NCBI GenBank assembly: GCA_907165135.1
Contig: OU015566.1
Coordinates: 5,704,001-5,768,000, forward strand
DNA length: 64,000 bases
Direction of reading: 5' to 3'
Origin: Oikopleura dioica
Lineage: Eukaryota > Animalia > Chordata
Position numbers and translations under genes: made by a program. Under the pieces are notes generated by a model. It was not told the DNA's origin. It made no database searches and saw only the letters and a program-made list of their open reading frames with translations. Shown here in pieces: positions 25,011-38,400 of the stretch; the stretch's first letter is position 1; every line of letters starts with the position of its first letter.

Positions 25011-26794
25011 ATGTATGGATCCAAATCGTCGTTGAGTTCCTTTCAGTCGAGCAAATTCGGCGATGACTCGGACGAAGAAGATAATTCTGAAATCAATCGA
25101 CACGGATTCAAGGTCGTTTTCTTCCTTGATTTCAACTTGTAAAAGGGCTTTCATTCAGGTGAAAAATGGCGAAATCGAAGACGGACTACATGTTTCTATC
25201 GAAAAGAACCGAGAGCGCGAGAGCAAGTGGCTACTCATGCTGGCCAATTGGCACTTGTACTCGAAGTCGAAAAAGTATCAGTCGAAACTGAAGAATCGAG
25301 TCCGCAAGGGAATTCCTGATGCTATTCGAGGAAAAGCCTGGATGTTCCTGAGGTACTTCAATTTCACCTTCTCGCTTCTCAACATTTCTAGTGGCGGAGA
25401 AGTCTTAAAAAGAGCATCGCAAGAAGGAAAGCTCCAGGACCAGACGACGTTTCAAATGCTCGACGAAAAGAGCTGCTCAGCGGAAGAAGAAGAGCAAATC
25501 GAAAAAGATCTGCACCGTCAATTCCCCGATCATGAAATGTTCTCGACAAAGGGAAGCGGCAAGCAGGATCTCTACCGGGTTCTCAAAGCGTGGGCAGTCT
25601 ACCGCCCGAATGTCGGCTACTGTCAAGGCCAAGCGCCCATCGCTAGTTTATTATTAATGCATCTGACAGGTAAGCTTATCAATGAACAACCGCGTGCATA
25701 ATTAAAATCATCGACAGCGGAGGACGCCTTCTGGAGTCTTGTGGCTATTTGCGACTATTTCATTCCCGGCTACTACGACGTTGGATTGACAGCTATTCAA
25801 ATGGACGGGCTAATTCTCGAGTCGCTTACGAGCTCATACTGCAGGTTTGTAAAAGGTCGTGTATTCTTTTGAATGATTTATTTGTCCAGCGATGTCCACA
25901 AGCTTCTGAAAGCAACAAAAGTCGAATCGATGTATTATATGACTGACTGGTTCATGTGCATATTTATACGAACGCTTCCCTGGAACACTGTGCTCCGCGT
26001 TTTCGACTTGTTCTTGTCTGAAGGAGTTAAAGTAAGGACATTCTTTTGAACCAAATTTTTATCGATTTTAGGTGCTTTTCCGTGTTGGCTTGACAATGTT
26101 GAGGGAAAACCTATCGACGCTATCGAAAAAACTCAAGAAAAATAACGCAGATGACTTGTTCATGGACGCAATGACTGTAATTAGAAATCATTAAGGAACT
26201 CCAATAAACTCACTTTCGTGTAGTTCGCAAAACGCTCTCCAGAAGCAGCAAAGAACGAGGACAACTTCATTCGCCAAGTTTGCTCCTGTCGAGTAACGGA
26301 ACGAGAGCTGACGAATGAGTTTCAGAGGCAGATGAAAAAATGGGACAGAACGAAAGGAGTACGCTCTTTATTCACTTATTCGAGAATTCATTGCCTTTTA
26401 GGACGTGAGAAGGAATTACTACAAGAGGGATCCCGAAAGCATCAGCGATGTAAAAATGCCATACACAAACGGAAAAATGTCGAAAACGATCAATCCAATC
26501 AGCGCTGATGCTTCAAATGTCACTGCTGCTCGTGAGAATTCAACCATTTTGTCCTCAATATTAACCTTCTTCAAAGAAAGACTAAAGACAGTTCCCGAAG
26601 CTCCCGAAGCACAAGAAGAAGACACGATTTCGCCGACCGACGAGCGCTGGAAAGGCGTCGACAGCAGCAACTACGACCCAAACGCGACGATCAAGCCATT
26701 GCCGCCGCTGAAAACGACTCCGCAGAAAATAGCGAAACCGCCGAGGTCGATTTCCGCGCCTGAGCGATTTCCGGACACTGAGACGAAACTGTGA
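25011..26794 (+). CDS. TBC1D10: Rab-GAP TBC domain protein, TBC1D10 family
   Basis: RESKW, RKGIPDAIRGKAW, IEKDLHRQFP.HEMF, GYCQGQAPIASLLLMH and DWFMCIFIRTLPW. Confidence 0.88.
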
Positions 26795-27324
26795 TCTTGA
26801 TCTCTTTTCCAAAGACTTGTCCCATTCACCGCATAGACCTTATAAATACTTTTTATTACTGTATTTTCTTGCTGACTTGCCATTTGCACCATTTAAGTCG
26901 ACTTTAAATATATTTATCAATCAGAAAACCCCAAGAACGAAAAAAACATCAATCAATTCTTTTTCTCCTTCGCAATTTTAATTCTCCTTTTGACAAAAAT
27001 ATTTTGTCGCTTTTAGATTATTCGCTCTCTTTTAGCAAAATTTTGCCTTTTCGTCAGTTTCAAAAATAATGCTGCTAGACTTAAAATTGATTCGGATCTC
27101 CATATTCTTCAAAATAGTAAAAATCCCATTTCTTATTTTTAGCTTTTTCCCATTTATGTTTCTTTTTTTTCAGTTTGAAATTTCTTCAATTTGAAATTCG
27201 AGTTCAGATTATTTATTTTCTTGATCCTTCATTTGACACTGAAATACATGAAAAAATAATTAAAATAAAAAACATAAATTTATTTTTCTGAAAATATTAA
27301 ATTTCAGAAAATTAAAAAGCAAAA

Positions 27325-29258
27325 ATGCCTTTTGGAGACAACGAGAAACCATTTGTGCATCAATGCCAGGGCGGCTATAATTTAAAAAGCAGACACTTCA
27401 AGTTCTTTCTCAAAGACATTCACTCGACAAGTAAAAAGCAGGCTTTTCTCAGGTCATTTAAAAAATCTCTCAGCGCTAGATCGGATGCCGCAGAACAACA
27501 AGCACGTGGACAACTACGAAAGAACATACAAAGTTCCAGTCATTTGCATGTTCGGCGAAACGCCCGACGATCACTCTGTAATGGTCTTTGTCCACAACTA
27601 CTTTCCCTATTTCTACATTGCAACGAATCCGCATGTGCTCGAAAGAGACATGAACGCAGTCCTCGAGCTTTTGAAAAACGACGCGCGACTCATGCACGGT
27701 TCCAAAAATCGCTTTTCTGAAATCATGAAAGACTCGCTTTTGAACCAGCTAAAAAGAGTACGAGGCGAATTTCTTGGAAAATTGAAGCCATTTTGGCGGA
27801 CTCCGTTTTACGGCTACACTACTGAAAAAAGATTGTACATCAAAATAACCTACACGAAGCCGTACTTGCACGATGCAATAAGAGGAGTGTTGGAGGAAAA
27901 GTTCAAGGTTCAAAATGGATTTTACAATTATGTGAATCAGTTTTACTCAGGCACAGGTTTCTGAGTCATCCTTCTTCAAAAATAGTCCCTAACCTTAACC
28001 CTAACCTTAACCCTAACCCTATTCTTATTCAAATGCAGTAACCTAAAAAGACCACAATGTCGCCTTGAACAAATCCGTTTACCTAAATCGCTTCCGCTAC
28101 GACGAGCGCCCGAAAGCGGAGTTCAACGGGATCGACTTTCTGACCGGCCTCCCCAGAGTGCAGCCAGGCTCGCGCCCGACAAGCTGCGACTACGAGCTGC
28201 ACTGCTCTTCCGACGACATTTTCAACAAAAAGCTTCTCCCGCATTTCGTGGAGCACGTGTACGTGGACCCGCGCTGCGACCATCCAGCTCTGCACATTCA
28301 CTGGCTCAACAGGAAAAATCAAGATCCGGAAAATCCAGTTATTGAGTACGACGACTTCGATTCTGATTCCGAGGCGCTGCTGGAAAGAGATCCGAACAGG
28401 TCACAAATTGACTTGGACGCGAGCCAGATTTTACGGGTCGTGGCGGATCTGGAATCCAGAGGAATTCGAGTCGATATGCAAGCGCTCGCAAAAAAGAACG
28501 AGGAAGAAGGAATCAAGGAAGAGCCCGAAAATGGCGCTAAAGAGTCGCCGAAGAGTCCAAATCCGATTCTTGACGAGCGAAAATCGCCAGAAGTTCTCTT
28601 GAGCTCAGATGAAGAAGGTAATTCTCAACCCTTATTCGCGGCTGGAGAAAATGACCTTCTGAGCCAGTCAATTTACCTCCCCGATTCTGAAAATGAAGAA
28701 GACAAAAAGAAACCAGTTCCTAGCGATTTGGATCGAGAGAGACGAAAGAGCCAATATCCGGAAACAGGGATTGATAGTCTTAGAATCGCGAGTCAGCGGA
28801 AAATAAGCGAGTCTGAAGAAGATGGCTCGATTGCTGAAAACTGGGACTCGGAAGGCGACGATTTCTGGGAAGAAGAACTTGAATCGAACGATTCGGAGAG
28901 GCTTATTGGCGACTTGAGCAAGAAAGACGGCGAAGAGAAGTCCAATGATTCCGTAAAGATTATTGGCGAAGAAAAGAAAGAAGAAGAGGAAGAGACCGGA
29001 CCGAGTTGTTCATTTTCTTCAAGAAGAAAACATTTAAAAATCGTGGAAGAAAAGCCAAAAAGAGCGGCATTTCTGGAATCCTCGGTAAATATCTTCGGAA
29101 TGAGAATTAACACGCGAAAAATTAAGAGCGACGAAGATTCAGCTGAAAGTAATCACTCCGATGATCTTTTTGCGAGAGACTCAGATTCAAGCTCGAAGAA
29201 TTCGTGCGAAGACGATTTCAACGAAAGTTTCGACGAAGAATACTATGAGACGTTATGA
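27325..29258 (+). CDS. REV3L: DNA polymerase zeta catalytic subunit, N-terminal region only (no polymerase domain)
   Basis: KVPVICMFGETP..SVMVFVHNYFPYFY, FYGY..EKRLYIKI, TSCDYELHCSSDDIFNK and HPALHIHWLNRK, followed by an acidic tail, a stop and AATAAA. Confidence 0.72.
27987..28021. repeat. Interstitial telomere-like repeat (CCCTAA/CCTTAA)
   Basis: ccctaaccttaaccctaaccttaaccctaacccta, lying between REV3L exons. Confidence 0.8.
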
Positions 29259-29410
29259 GCTTTGTTTTGCATATTTCACTGCCGAAGTCCAAATTTTTAC
29301 AGGTCAACATTGAATAAATATTTTATTTAAGAAATAAACGCTGTTCAAAATTCTGCTTATAGAATAAATAAATAAATGTAACGAGTAGACCGAAATATGA
29401 AAAGTCGGAA

Positions 29411-32400
29411 TCAAGGCAAATATAAGGGACCAGTAGTGATTGTAGGAAGGTACTCGTCGATTGATCTTCGTTTTCTTCCGCTGGAACAGTCGATGACGCA
29501 ATTTTCAACGCTAGAAGCAAAGTTTGGAAAGAACTCGTCTTGATTGTTACCTTGAGTCACAGACGTTAACATCGCAGTGAAGGAAAAGTGTTGACGCGTC
29601 AAGGAATTTGAAGGAGTTCATTCTGAATCTCGCAAAGTTCTCTTCGCCGTTTTCGAAGATTTCCAAAGTGTCGCCGGCGATTTCGTCATTGTTGCCGCAG
29701 AAGTTGTCGATGAATGAATAGGAGAGTGTATCTTGAGGATTGTCGCTGAAATTCATATTTTTTACGAATAAGAGTGTTCAAGTACGTTGAGGTGGCCCAG
29801 CAGCGGTTGAGTTGAAGTTTGAAATTGTCGCCAGCTGATTCTAGCGCAGTTTTGACGAAGAAAGGCTGCGGGACTGAGATGGTTTCGTTCACCGCGAAAT
29901 GATCGCTTTAATGCTTTTCAAAACGGCTCCATCGCTGATAATAAAAAATAGTTTTGAGAAACATTCCTGAAACCGTCGTCTTTGAATAGGTCAATGCTCA
30001 AGTCGAAGTTGCCGGTCGTTTCGCTCAAGTCCACGGTGAAATGATAGAGCGAGGTCAAAATCGGGCCCGAGTTGACTCGGATCAGTCGCTCGAAAGCGCA
30101 CGCCAAGTCGACTTTCAGCCTTCTTTGGCGAGTGATTCCCGCGTAATTGACGCCGGCGACGCCTTGAATCGAGCTCTTGATGATGATGTGCGTCGCGTTG
30201 GAGACGATTTCGTTTCCGCACTCGGCGACTTTTCCCTGCTGCCCGAAGTGGTACTCGTCGTTGATTAATGTTCCGCTGCAAGCGCTGTTTACTGCTCCGC
30301 CGCTCACTGCATTTGGTCCGCTCAACGAGGCAGCAGATGGATCCATATTCAAATGGTCGAAGACGCATTTGTGGATGGAAATGCCGAAATGATCGGGGCG
30401 GCATTTTGTCGAGGTCTTAGCGGAACAGTTTAAAATTGCGATCGAGAAGGAAATACTTCTTACTTGAAGACTTATGTCACCGGAATCACAAGGAGTGCTT
30501 CCTGCGGATGAAGTAGTTGGTGTTATGCTCGTTGAAGTTGTAGTAGTTGTGGTGTTTGCTAGAAAATTTATTCTGATTCACAAAATTCTTTATTTGCGTG
30601 AATCTTTTTTCCTATCCTGCGCAAAAAGCTCACTGTACCCGGTTTTTTGGAATGCCGAGCGTTTGGACATTTGTTCGATTTTACTCCGATAGATAAATAC
30701 TTGTTTATATAGTTTCGATAGGTTCATTTAATACTTACATGTGGTGGTTGTAGTCGTTGTTGTCGTTGTAGTTGTCGTGGTAGTTGTTGTTGCTAAAAGA
30801 TTGATTCTACGTTACTTTACCCGTTTTTTTTCCTTGAAAAAGAATGCACATAGGCATTTTGATATTTGTTTGATTATAACCAAAGAATAAATTTTATCTT
30901 TATATAATTATAATATTCACTCTCTACTTACGTTCAGGTCGAACAACAAATGTATCTGAGTGTGCTTTCCCGACCAGAACTGTATCTTCTCCTTGATTGT
31001 AGCAGAGGCTGAAGATCAGGGTGACAGCGGAGTGTTCGACCGTCGGCACGATATCGTTGAAAATCGCTCTTCCGCCGATATAGGCAACTTCCAAAGTTCC
31101 AGTGAGGGTTTCGTTTTGGTAAACTGGCGCTTCAACACAAACTCTGCACTCGTCGCCAGCTGGTCCACAGGAGCTCATGTACTCGCCATTTGTGTCGAAG
31201 ATTTGGATGCTTATTTCTGGCAGCGGCTGAAGCACGTAGTTGATTGTGACGTTGTCTGTGTACTCGATCTGTACCGAGCCTAAAGAGGGATTTGGTAAGG
31301 AGATCTTTTTACGCGAGTTTACCGGGTGGAGCAGCGATCACTTCGAAAGGCGCAGAAGTGATTTCAGGCATAGTGAAATTCGACTCAGTGCCGGAATATG
31401 AAAGCTCGGCGGTCAATTGATAAGAGCCGAGAGAGTGAATTCGGAGTCCACTGAAATCAGCAACGCCAGATCCTTAACAAAAAGTAATTTACTTGATATC
31501 TTTACTATTGTTTTACCAGGAGTAAATGCGACTTCTAGTGCGTCGATGTATTCTCCATTCGCTTCGCTAATGAGAACCCTCCATGGATCTCCGCTGTATC
31601 CGACATTTTCCATCTGGGCGCCATCTTTATCAAGCATAACGACCTAAGATTTAGTAATCAATCTATTTTCGACAAGAAAAAAATACCTTGAATCCTTGCT
31701 TGGGACGCTGACTGACGATCATATTGCCTGGTTCTTGAAGAATCGAGAACGTTGTTGGAATTTGATCGTAAACCTTTGCTTCAGTCGTCTTGGACATGAT
31801 TTCTTCTTGAGCCGCCTGTTTATCGATCGTTGTCTCGGAAATAAGGTCTTCTTTGCCAGCTTCGGCCGCTTTAGCTTCCACCATTGCCTGCAAGTTTTCT
31901 GCCTTTCTTCAAGATTGAAAATCATTTGTTGCAAAGATTAACCTCTGAAACATGATTTTTTCTTTTTCAAATCTTTCCTGGTTAGCTTCATCATCCGTAA
32001 TTCCGAGATCCTTGAGAATGGTGACATCCTCGCCCATTGTTCCTGGCTCGTACCAATCAGGGACATCTCCTTCGACAGCTTCGCCCGTCAATGTCGTCGC
32101 AACAACCTCTAACTCGGTTCCCTGCGCATCCGCCATATCCTTGATGCTCGTCTCCAACTCGCCGTCCATTTGCTTCTGAACGAGAATGCTTCCAATTTTG
32201 TCGAAGTCTGGATCACCGACGCTTCTTCGTTTTCTTGAAGAGTTGACGATTCCAAGAGGCTTTCCGAACTCGAATGAAACTTTCATGTTGATGCTGTTCT
32301 TTAATTGAGGCTTTGTCACCATTGTTGCTTCTGTCCAGCTCTTTTGAGCACTTGTCCAGTTTTCTTTCTTGACATCGACGACCTTAACTTGGCTAGGATC

Positions 32401-35400
32401 GAGTCCGAGAAGTGCTGCTAGAAGGTAGGGCAGATCAGGAGAAGCATAGAACTCATTGACTGTCATTGATGTCGCCACATCGAGCGTTAAAATGATCGAT
32501 TTTGCAATTTTTACTCGGAGTTTATCGCCTCCGCCAAGAACGAAATAGAGCATCTGGTCAGCACGGTCAAAGTAGTTACTGCCAGAGCTATCGGTAACAT
32601 CAGGAATGAACGCTGGACTCGGGAATTTCCAGTTGTGCGTGGCGAAGTCGTATTGATTTGAGTAGATCATGTTGTTGCCGTTGAGGAAAACATCTTGTCG
32701 ATTTTGACGATGAGTGAACATCTGGATTTTCACTTTACAGTCACTTTTAAATGGGTTAAATTTCTATTTTCTCGCCGAAGATTTCAAAATAGGGCTTTGA
32801 TTAAAAATTCATTTACCCCTTCCTTGGAACATTGTACATCGCGAACTGGACTTCTGTAGGAGTCGTTCCCGTTGCATGGAAATCGTAAGTTTCGCCGCAC
32901 TCAACAATAAAATGGTTCATTGTCGCACGGAGCGAGCAAGAGTACCCAGCACAGCATGAATTATCGTTGAGTCCGTTTGAGAGATCGATGTAACCAGTTG
33001 AAGATCGCAAACCGATTGGCGAGATTCGTCGTATTTCCGTGTCTTTGTCGAAGGATTCGAAGATCAAGTGCGCTCGTGTACTTCCGACGCAGTGATAAGC
33101 GGCGTGTGATTCTTTCCAGACGCAAGTGTCTCCTCTAGAAATGCCCTTGTGAGGCGCATAATCATCGATGGAGATGACTGTTCCATTCGTAAAGGTCAGC
33201 ATGCTCTCAGGAACTCGATAATCGCCCATGCCGTAGGAGTCATCGACGCTGTTTGACCAAGGGAACCCTTGAACTCCGCGCCAATGGAATTCGGACTGCG
33301 AAAAGATGGATGTCTCGACGCCGTTGCCAGTGAATGATCCGTCCATGTCCTTCACCAAAAGCTTCTTTTGCCCATCGCATGGCATGTCGATACAATCGGC
33401 AAGATTGACATTTTCCAGCAGTGGCCGCTTGAACTCGACGAGATGATCAGCGTGGCAGTTAGTCAAGCTTGAACCCGAAATGTCAACCGAATGAGTGACA
33501 TCTTGAGCGCGCGGGTTCGACATTACAATCACATTTCCTCTGCCGCATGTTGCATCCATAGAGTATTCCTTGAACAGATTGTTCGCGACGCAACTGTATC
33601 CGGTTGGTGATGGATAGTTGTCTTCCTTTGATCGAATGAGGAAGTTCTTTGGATAGTTATTGTAGTCAGCGACAAAGATAGGCATCATAATAGCAGTATG
33701 GCCAAAATGCTTGTTTGCCGGCGCTCTTGCCATTGTATTTCGACCGCCAGTCAAGGTGAGATAGTTTTCAAGGTTCTCCCAATCCTTGCAAGTGTGGTGG
33801 TCCGAAAGACCGATGAACTCGTTGTTGTCGATTGAGCAGCGAAGGTCACCGTGCCAGTGATCTAGAGGGCCTCCATTGCCAATCATCAAGTGGCCTACTC
33901 CAACGGTGCAATCAACGAATCTGTTGCCAAGTATGTGAATGTTTGCTTTGAATGCTTGCGTGTAGATGCCGTAGTCTGCGATTCGCCAGAACTCGAAGCC
34001 TTCTAGTAGAATACAAGGTCTGTTGTATTGAGGCTTGAGAATCGAATAGCCGAAACTCACCGAGTGAGCGTAATTGGTAATGTTCATTGTCCAGCTATCA
34101 CTCGTGCAGAGATCAGAATGCTGACAAGGAAGCCCTCGGCCCACGTAGCCAGGACCATCACCTCCGGCGACGCGATTGTTGTGGAGAAGTCCGGAAAAGC
34201 TGTTGATACCAAAGCCAGGGCCGGAGGCTCCAGCCTGGTTAATTCCGCTGAAAGAAGCACCAAGGAAGGCCTGTGCGTACGTCATTTGGCTGACAATCAT
34301 GACGGCTACATTGTTTGTTACAACTGAATCATCAGCCTGTACCGAGAATCCACTGCCAACAACGTTGAAGATTACATTTCTATCGATAACAAAGCTGTCA
34401 ACTTCTTCGCCAATATTAATTGCGCCCATGTAAGACGAGTGGATGGATGAACCTTTGAAGTAGGAAGGATTCTGGAGAGTTGATTGATCTCCCTTGTTGT
34501 AGAAAACGATAGGTCCTCTCCAGTCGTCGCCACGGTTATGACCATATTGACCCATGTAGACGAGCTCAATGTTTTCTAGTTGCGCCCATCCTCGTCGGTA
34601 AGAATCACCATCGTCCGCTTCAATAACTACAATTCTTCCACCAAACATATCTTCCGAGTCTCTACTCCCGTCAAGACGGATATTACGTGTCAGGTGGACT
34701 ACCTCAGTCTTGAAAGTTTCACCGACATCGGCTCCGCTATGATCAAAGTCGAGTGGCCTGTCGACAGTGACTGTGTTTCCAGCGATAGACACAATCTTGA
34801 GGGCGTCAAAATCACGCGGGTTGTAGGAAGACGCGGCAATGACAATTTCATCGCCAACTTTCCAATCTCCGCTTACGTCGTCCGTGAGCTCAATAGTATT
34901 TACGCCAGCGACGACAGAGTTTTGCAAAAAGGACAACGGTGTGTTCTGCGGGCATCCAACAAGACGTAAGCCACCCATAACACCAATCGTTTTGGCTCCG
35001 ATCGGATGGGATCCATGCGGAGCACCGAATTCTTCTTGCCATCGATCACCCTTGAAATTGATCTTGAAGGTATGACTACAGTTGAAAGGTTGGTCGGTAG
35101 TTCCGGCGAACAGATTTCCATTTTCAAATTGGACGGATCTTCGTTTTCGTCTTTCCCAAAGATGTTCATGGCCGCCAGCTCCTGTGTTGATTAGGATGTC
35201 TCTGATATCGAGAGTGATGTCTTGAGCATCTGAAATAGTGAGTGTTCCTTCCAGGAAGAGAATGTCGCCATCAAAATCACTGTTCAACGTAACATGCTTT
35301 TCAAGAGGAATAGTGACATTCGATCCGGGTGCAGGGACGACTCCATCTTCCCAGCAAAGCGGATCTTCCCAGTCGCATTCGTTGAGGTCGGTTGGCGGTG

Positions 35401-38400
35401 TCGTTGGCGGTGGAGTTGTCGGTGGCGTGCAATCGGGCCAGAAGCATTTGAAAACTTCGAAGTTGTAGTCAACATCGTAATAAATATTTTCAGCGTCGGT
35501 TTTTGCGAACATGATCGAGAAATCAAGAGTATGCTGGTCAATCATATAAGCTAGAGGTCCCATTGACACGTCAAGCGATGTTTCTTCTCGGCCGGCGTAC
35601 GATTCCCATTTCCAATCAGCGAAGCCTTTTTGTTTGAATCCGTCAATTTCAGCATAGTCGACCTCCTGCGTGAAAGGATGGCGAACAATCGCGTGCTTGT
35701 GCTGTCCAACATCGTAAACTGTTCCCCGATATGTAATATTTGTGATGTGCAGGAAGTCTTTCCAGAAAACATCGTGAGTTTCTCCTGCGAGAAGGATACC
35801 CATCCAACCAGTTGGATGTGTCGATCGACTGGTTTGAAAGGGGATAGTTGTGGATCCGTATTTATTCTCAATGTCCAGATTCAAGCCCTGGAGTGCGCTT
35901 GGTAGTACATTATTCATGCCATAGCGCATGAACTCGATTCCTTGACAGAAAGAACATGGAAATTTGACCGAAAACTCAGGCGCAGGTTCACACATCGAGG
36001 TCGGGTAGAGGCTTGATGTCGGTACTACTGACCAGCCAGCCATGCCTTTTCCAGTCAAAGAGCCATCTCGGTCGACAAGAACGGTTTCGTGCTCCCAGTC
36101 AGCCGAAAACTTTCTTGGAGAGTTAAACCACTGAATTCGCTCGAAATGACTAGTTCGACCGCAATCAAAGGGGTAAGAATGGTAGCAAGCGTCAATGGCG
36201 GTGCAGTGGCTTCCGTTTCCTTGATCGAAGTTGTGGAACTTGACACCTTCAATGGCGCACATTGCGTCTGGCTCCCACGGTGTTTCAATGCCGAAACGAG
36301 TGCACAGCGATAGCTCAGGGATGTTCTTATCAATGTATCCAATGACAGTCGAATCCTTGATGCCGGTAGCGTACTGAGTGTACTCTCCTCCGTAACGCCC
36401 GGAAATAGTTTCAAGGATCGACAAGCCGCCAAGAATATTGTTCGCTGCAATAAAGTCCTTCATCCAAATGTTATCTGCTACTCGGGCAAGTTCAGCACCT
36501 CTGAGACAGTTCCAGAAAATTCCTCTTTCAAAGGTAGCTTCTCCAGGAGGCCAGGTCGTCTGACAATCCTGTGTGCTTGGTCGATAGGCTGAGTTTGGAA
36601 TCATCGTCATCACCCAGAAGCCATAAAAGCCCATATCGTGGGCAGTGTTATTGTACCATTTGAGGACACCCCTGTTGACTGGACAGAGTGTATCTTTGTA
36701 GCCTGGCTGAACTCCTCTGTGAGGGAAGGCGTGTTCAAATGGATTAACCCAGTATCCAGTTTGAGCACCTCCTGCGGCTCGATTATGTTGAATGATATTC
36801 CAGGGATTGGTAATCCAAAAAGCAGCAGCTTTTTGATCAGTGTTTAGAAGCGAGTTCGACGGTTTTGTTTTGATAGCCAAATTGTACTGGATTATGTTGT
36901 TCTCTTCGCAGCCATCTTCAATGAAAAAGTTGTGGCCCATAGCATTGTAACCGACGTTCCATTCAACCAGAGCCTGATGAACTCCATGAGTTGTGATGAC
37001 GCGATTGAAAGTGTTGTAGACCGCGTTTCCTTTGAAATAAGAGTCGGGTTGGTGGCTTGATCTGTGGAAATGGAACGAGTATCGGGCAAACTGGGCTGCT
37101 TGTCCCATGTGGAAAGATTCAATGTGCGCGATTTTTCCCCACGTGATTTTGTGCATCAAGAAATGACCGCCAAACTCATCGGAGCCGATTTCATCACCCC
37201 ATTTATTCTCGTAACAGCTTTGGATAACTTCGTCTTCTTTCTGGTTTTCTCCAGTCTCATACTCCGTGTCGCAGGGTGGAAGTGTTTTTGTCCATTCATC
37301 ATTAACGTTTCCATACAGCTTGACGTTTCTTGTCAGAAGACCAACTTCGGCTGCAACTTCTAAGATTTCCCCATCCCATTCAGAGTAATGATAAAGATGT
37401 CGGTATGTTAGAGGCTCCGTCAAAAAGATAGTTCGTCCATCACTCGAGATCGAGTCAATGATTCTTTCTTCGCTTTGAGTAAGAGTTAGCCGCCCGCCAG
37501 TAGTTGCAATGACAATTTTATCGCCAGGTTTCCATGAGTTCATCGGAGCATCAGGATTTGTTACCGGATTGCGCACGAAGATGGAATTATCTCCTGCTTC
37601 TGCCGTTGCGTTTAACTGTGTCCAAGTTGTCTCGATTGGGCAACCGTGAAGACTGACAGTTCCGTCGCGAGTGATAAAACACTTGGCGCCGTAGATCGGA
37701 AGTCGAATGCTTCGGTGGTGGCCATAGAGCTCGATTTCCGCACCAATTGGATCTGACGGTGTTCCGCAGAAAGGCTCATATTCGTTTCCAAGTTCAAAGT
37801 GGCCTCCATCAGTGATTAAAATGTACTCGGCTCGGAGTTTAATGGCATCTTTGCGATCCCAGACGAGAGTACCGCCTTGGATGAGGAGAACTTTCAAAAG
37901 TGGAGTAGACTCGTCGAGCAAAACAGTCTGATTGTGGGGAATGACTGCAATATCTCCATCGACAGGTTTGCCAGTGCAGTTCACAGCGGCGTCACATCCC
38001 CAGGTGAATGGAGAGCTCCATCTGTCAACGTACCAGAATTTCGCGGCATCTGGGTGATGGAAAACAGCATTGCCATCAGGCACAGTCACATGAACCAAAT
38101 GAGCCGTCGAGTATTGATGAGCTTGTGTCTCGCAGACAATTTCTGTCACGCTTTCAGAAAGGATAACACACGAAACTCCGTCGATTTCAACAGTTGTTTG
38201 TCCGGGTACAAAGTTGTTTCCAGCGATAGTAATTCTTGTTCCACCTTGGGTGCCTCCCATGTTCGGGTGAATGCTGTCGATGTACGCAGTGGTTGAATTG
38301 TCAAAGACAAAGCTCTGACCCGCGTTGCGTCGTTTTCTAACGCCCTCTTCGACAGATTCATCATCGTTATGATACCACTCGTACACGCAATCTGTTGAGC

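Noticed and set aside
29304-30420. Stand-alone ZP gene
   Set aside because: No own start codon or signal peptide; the exons are phase-linked to the upstream Thr-rich and PKHD1L1 exons.
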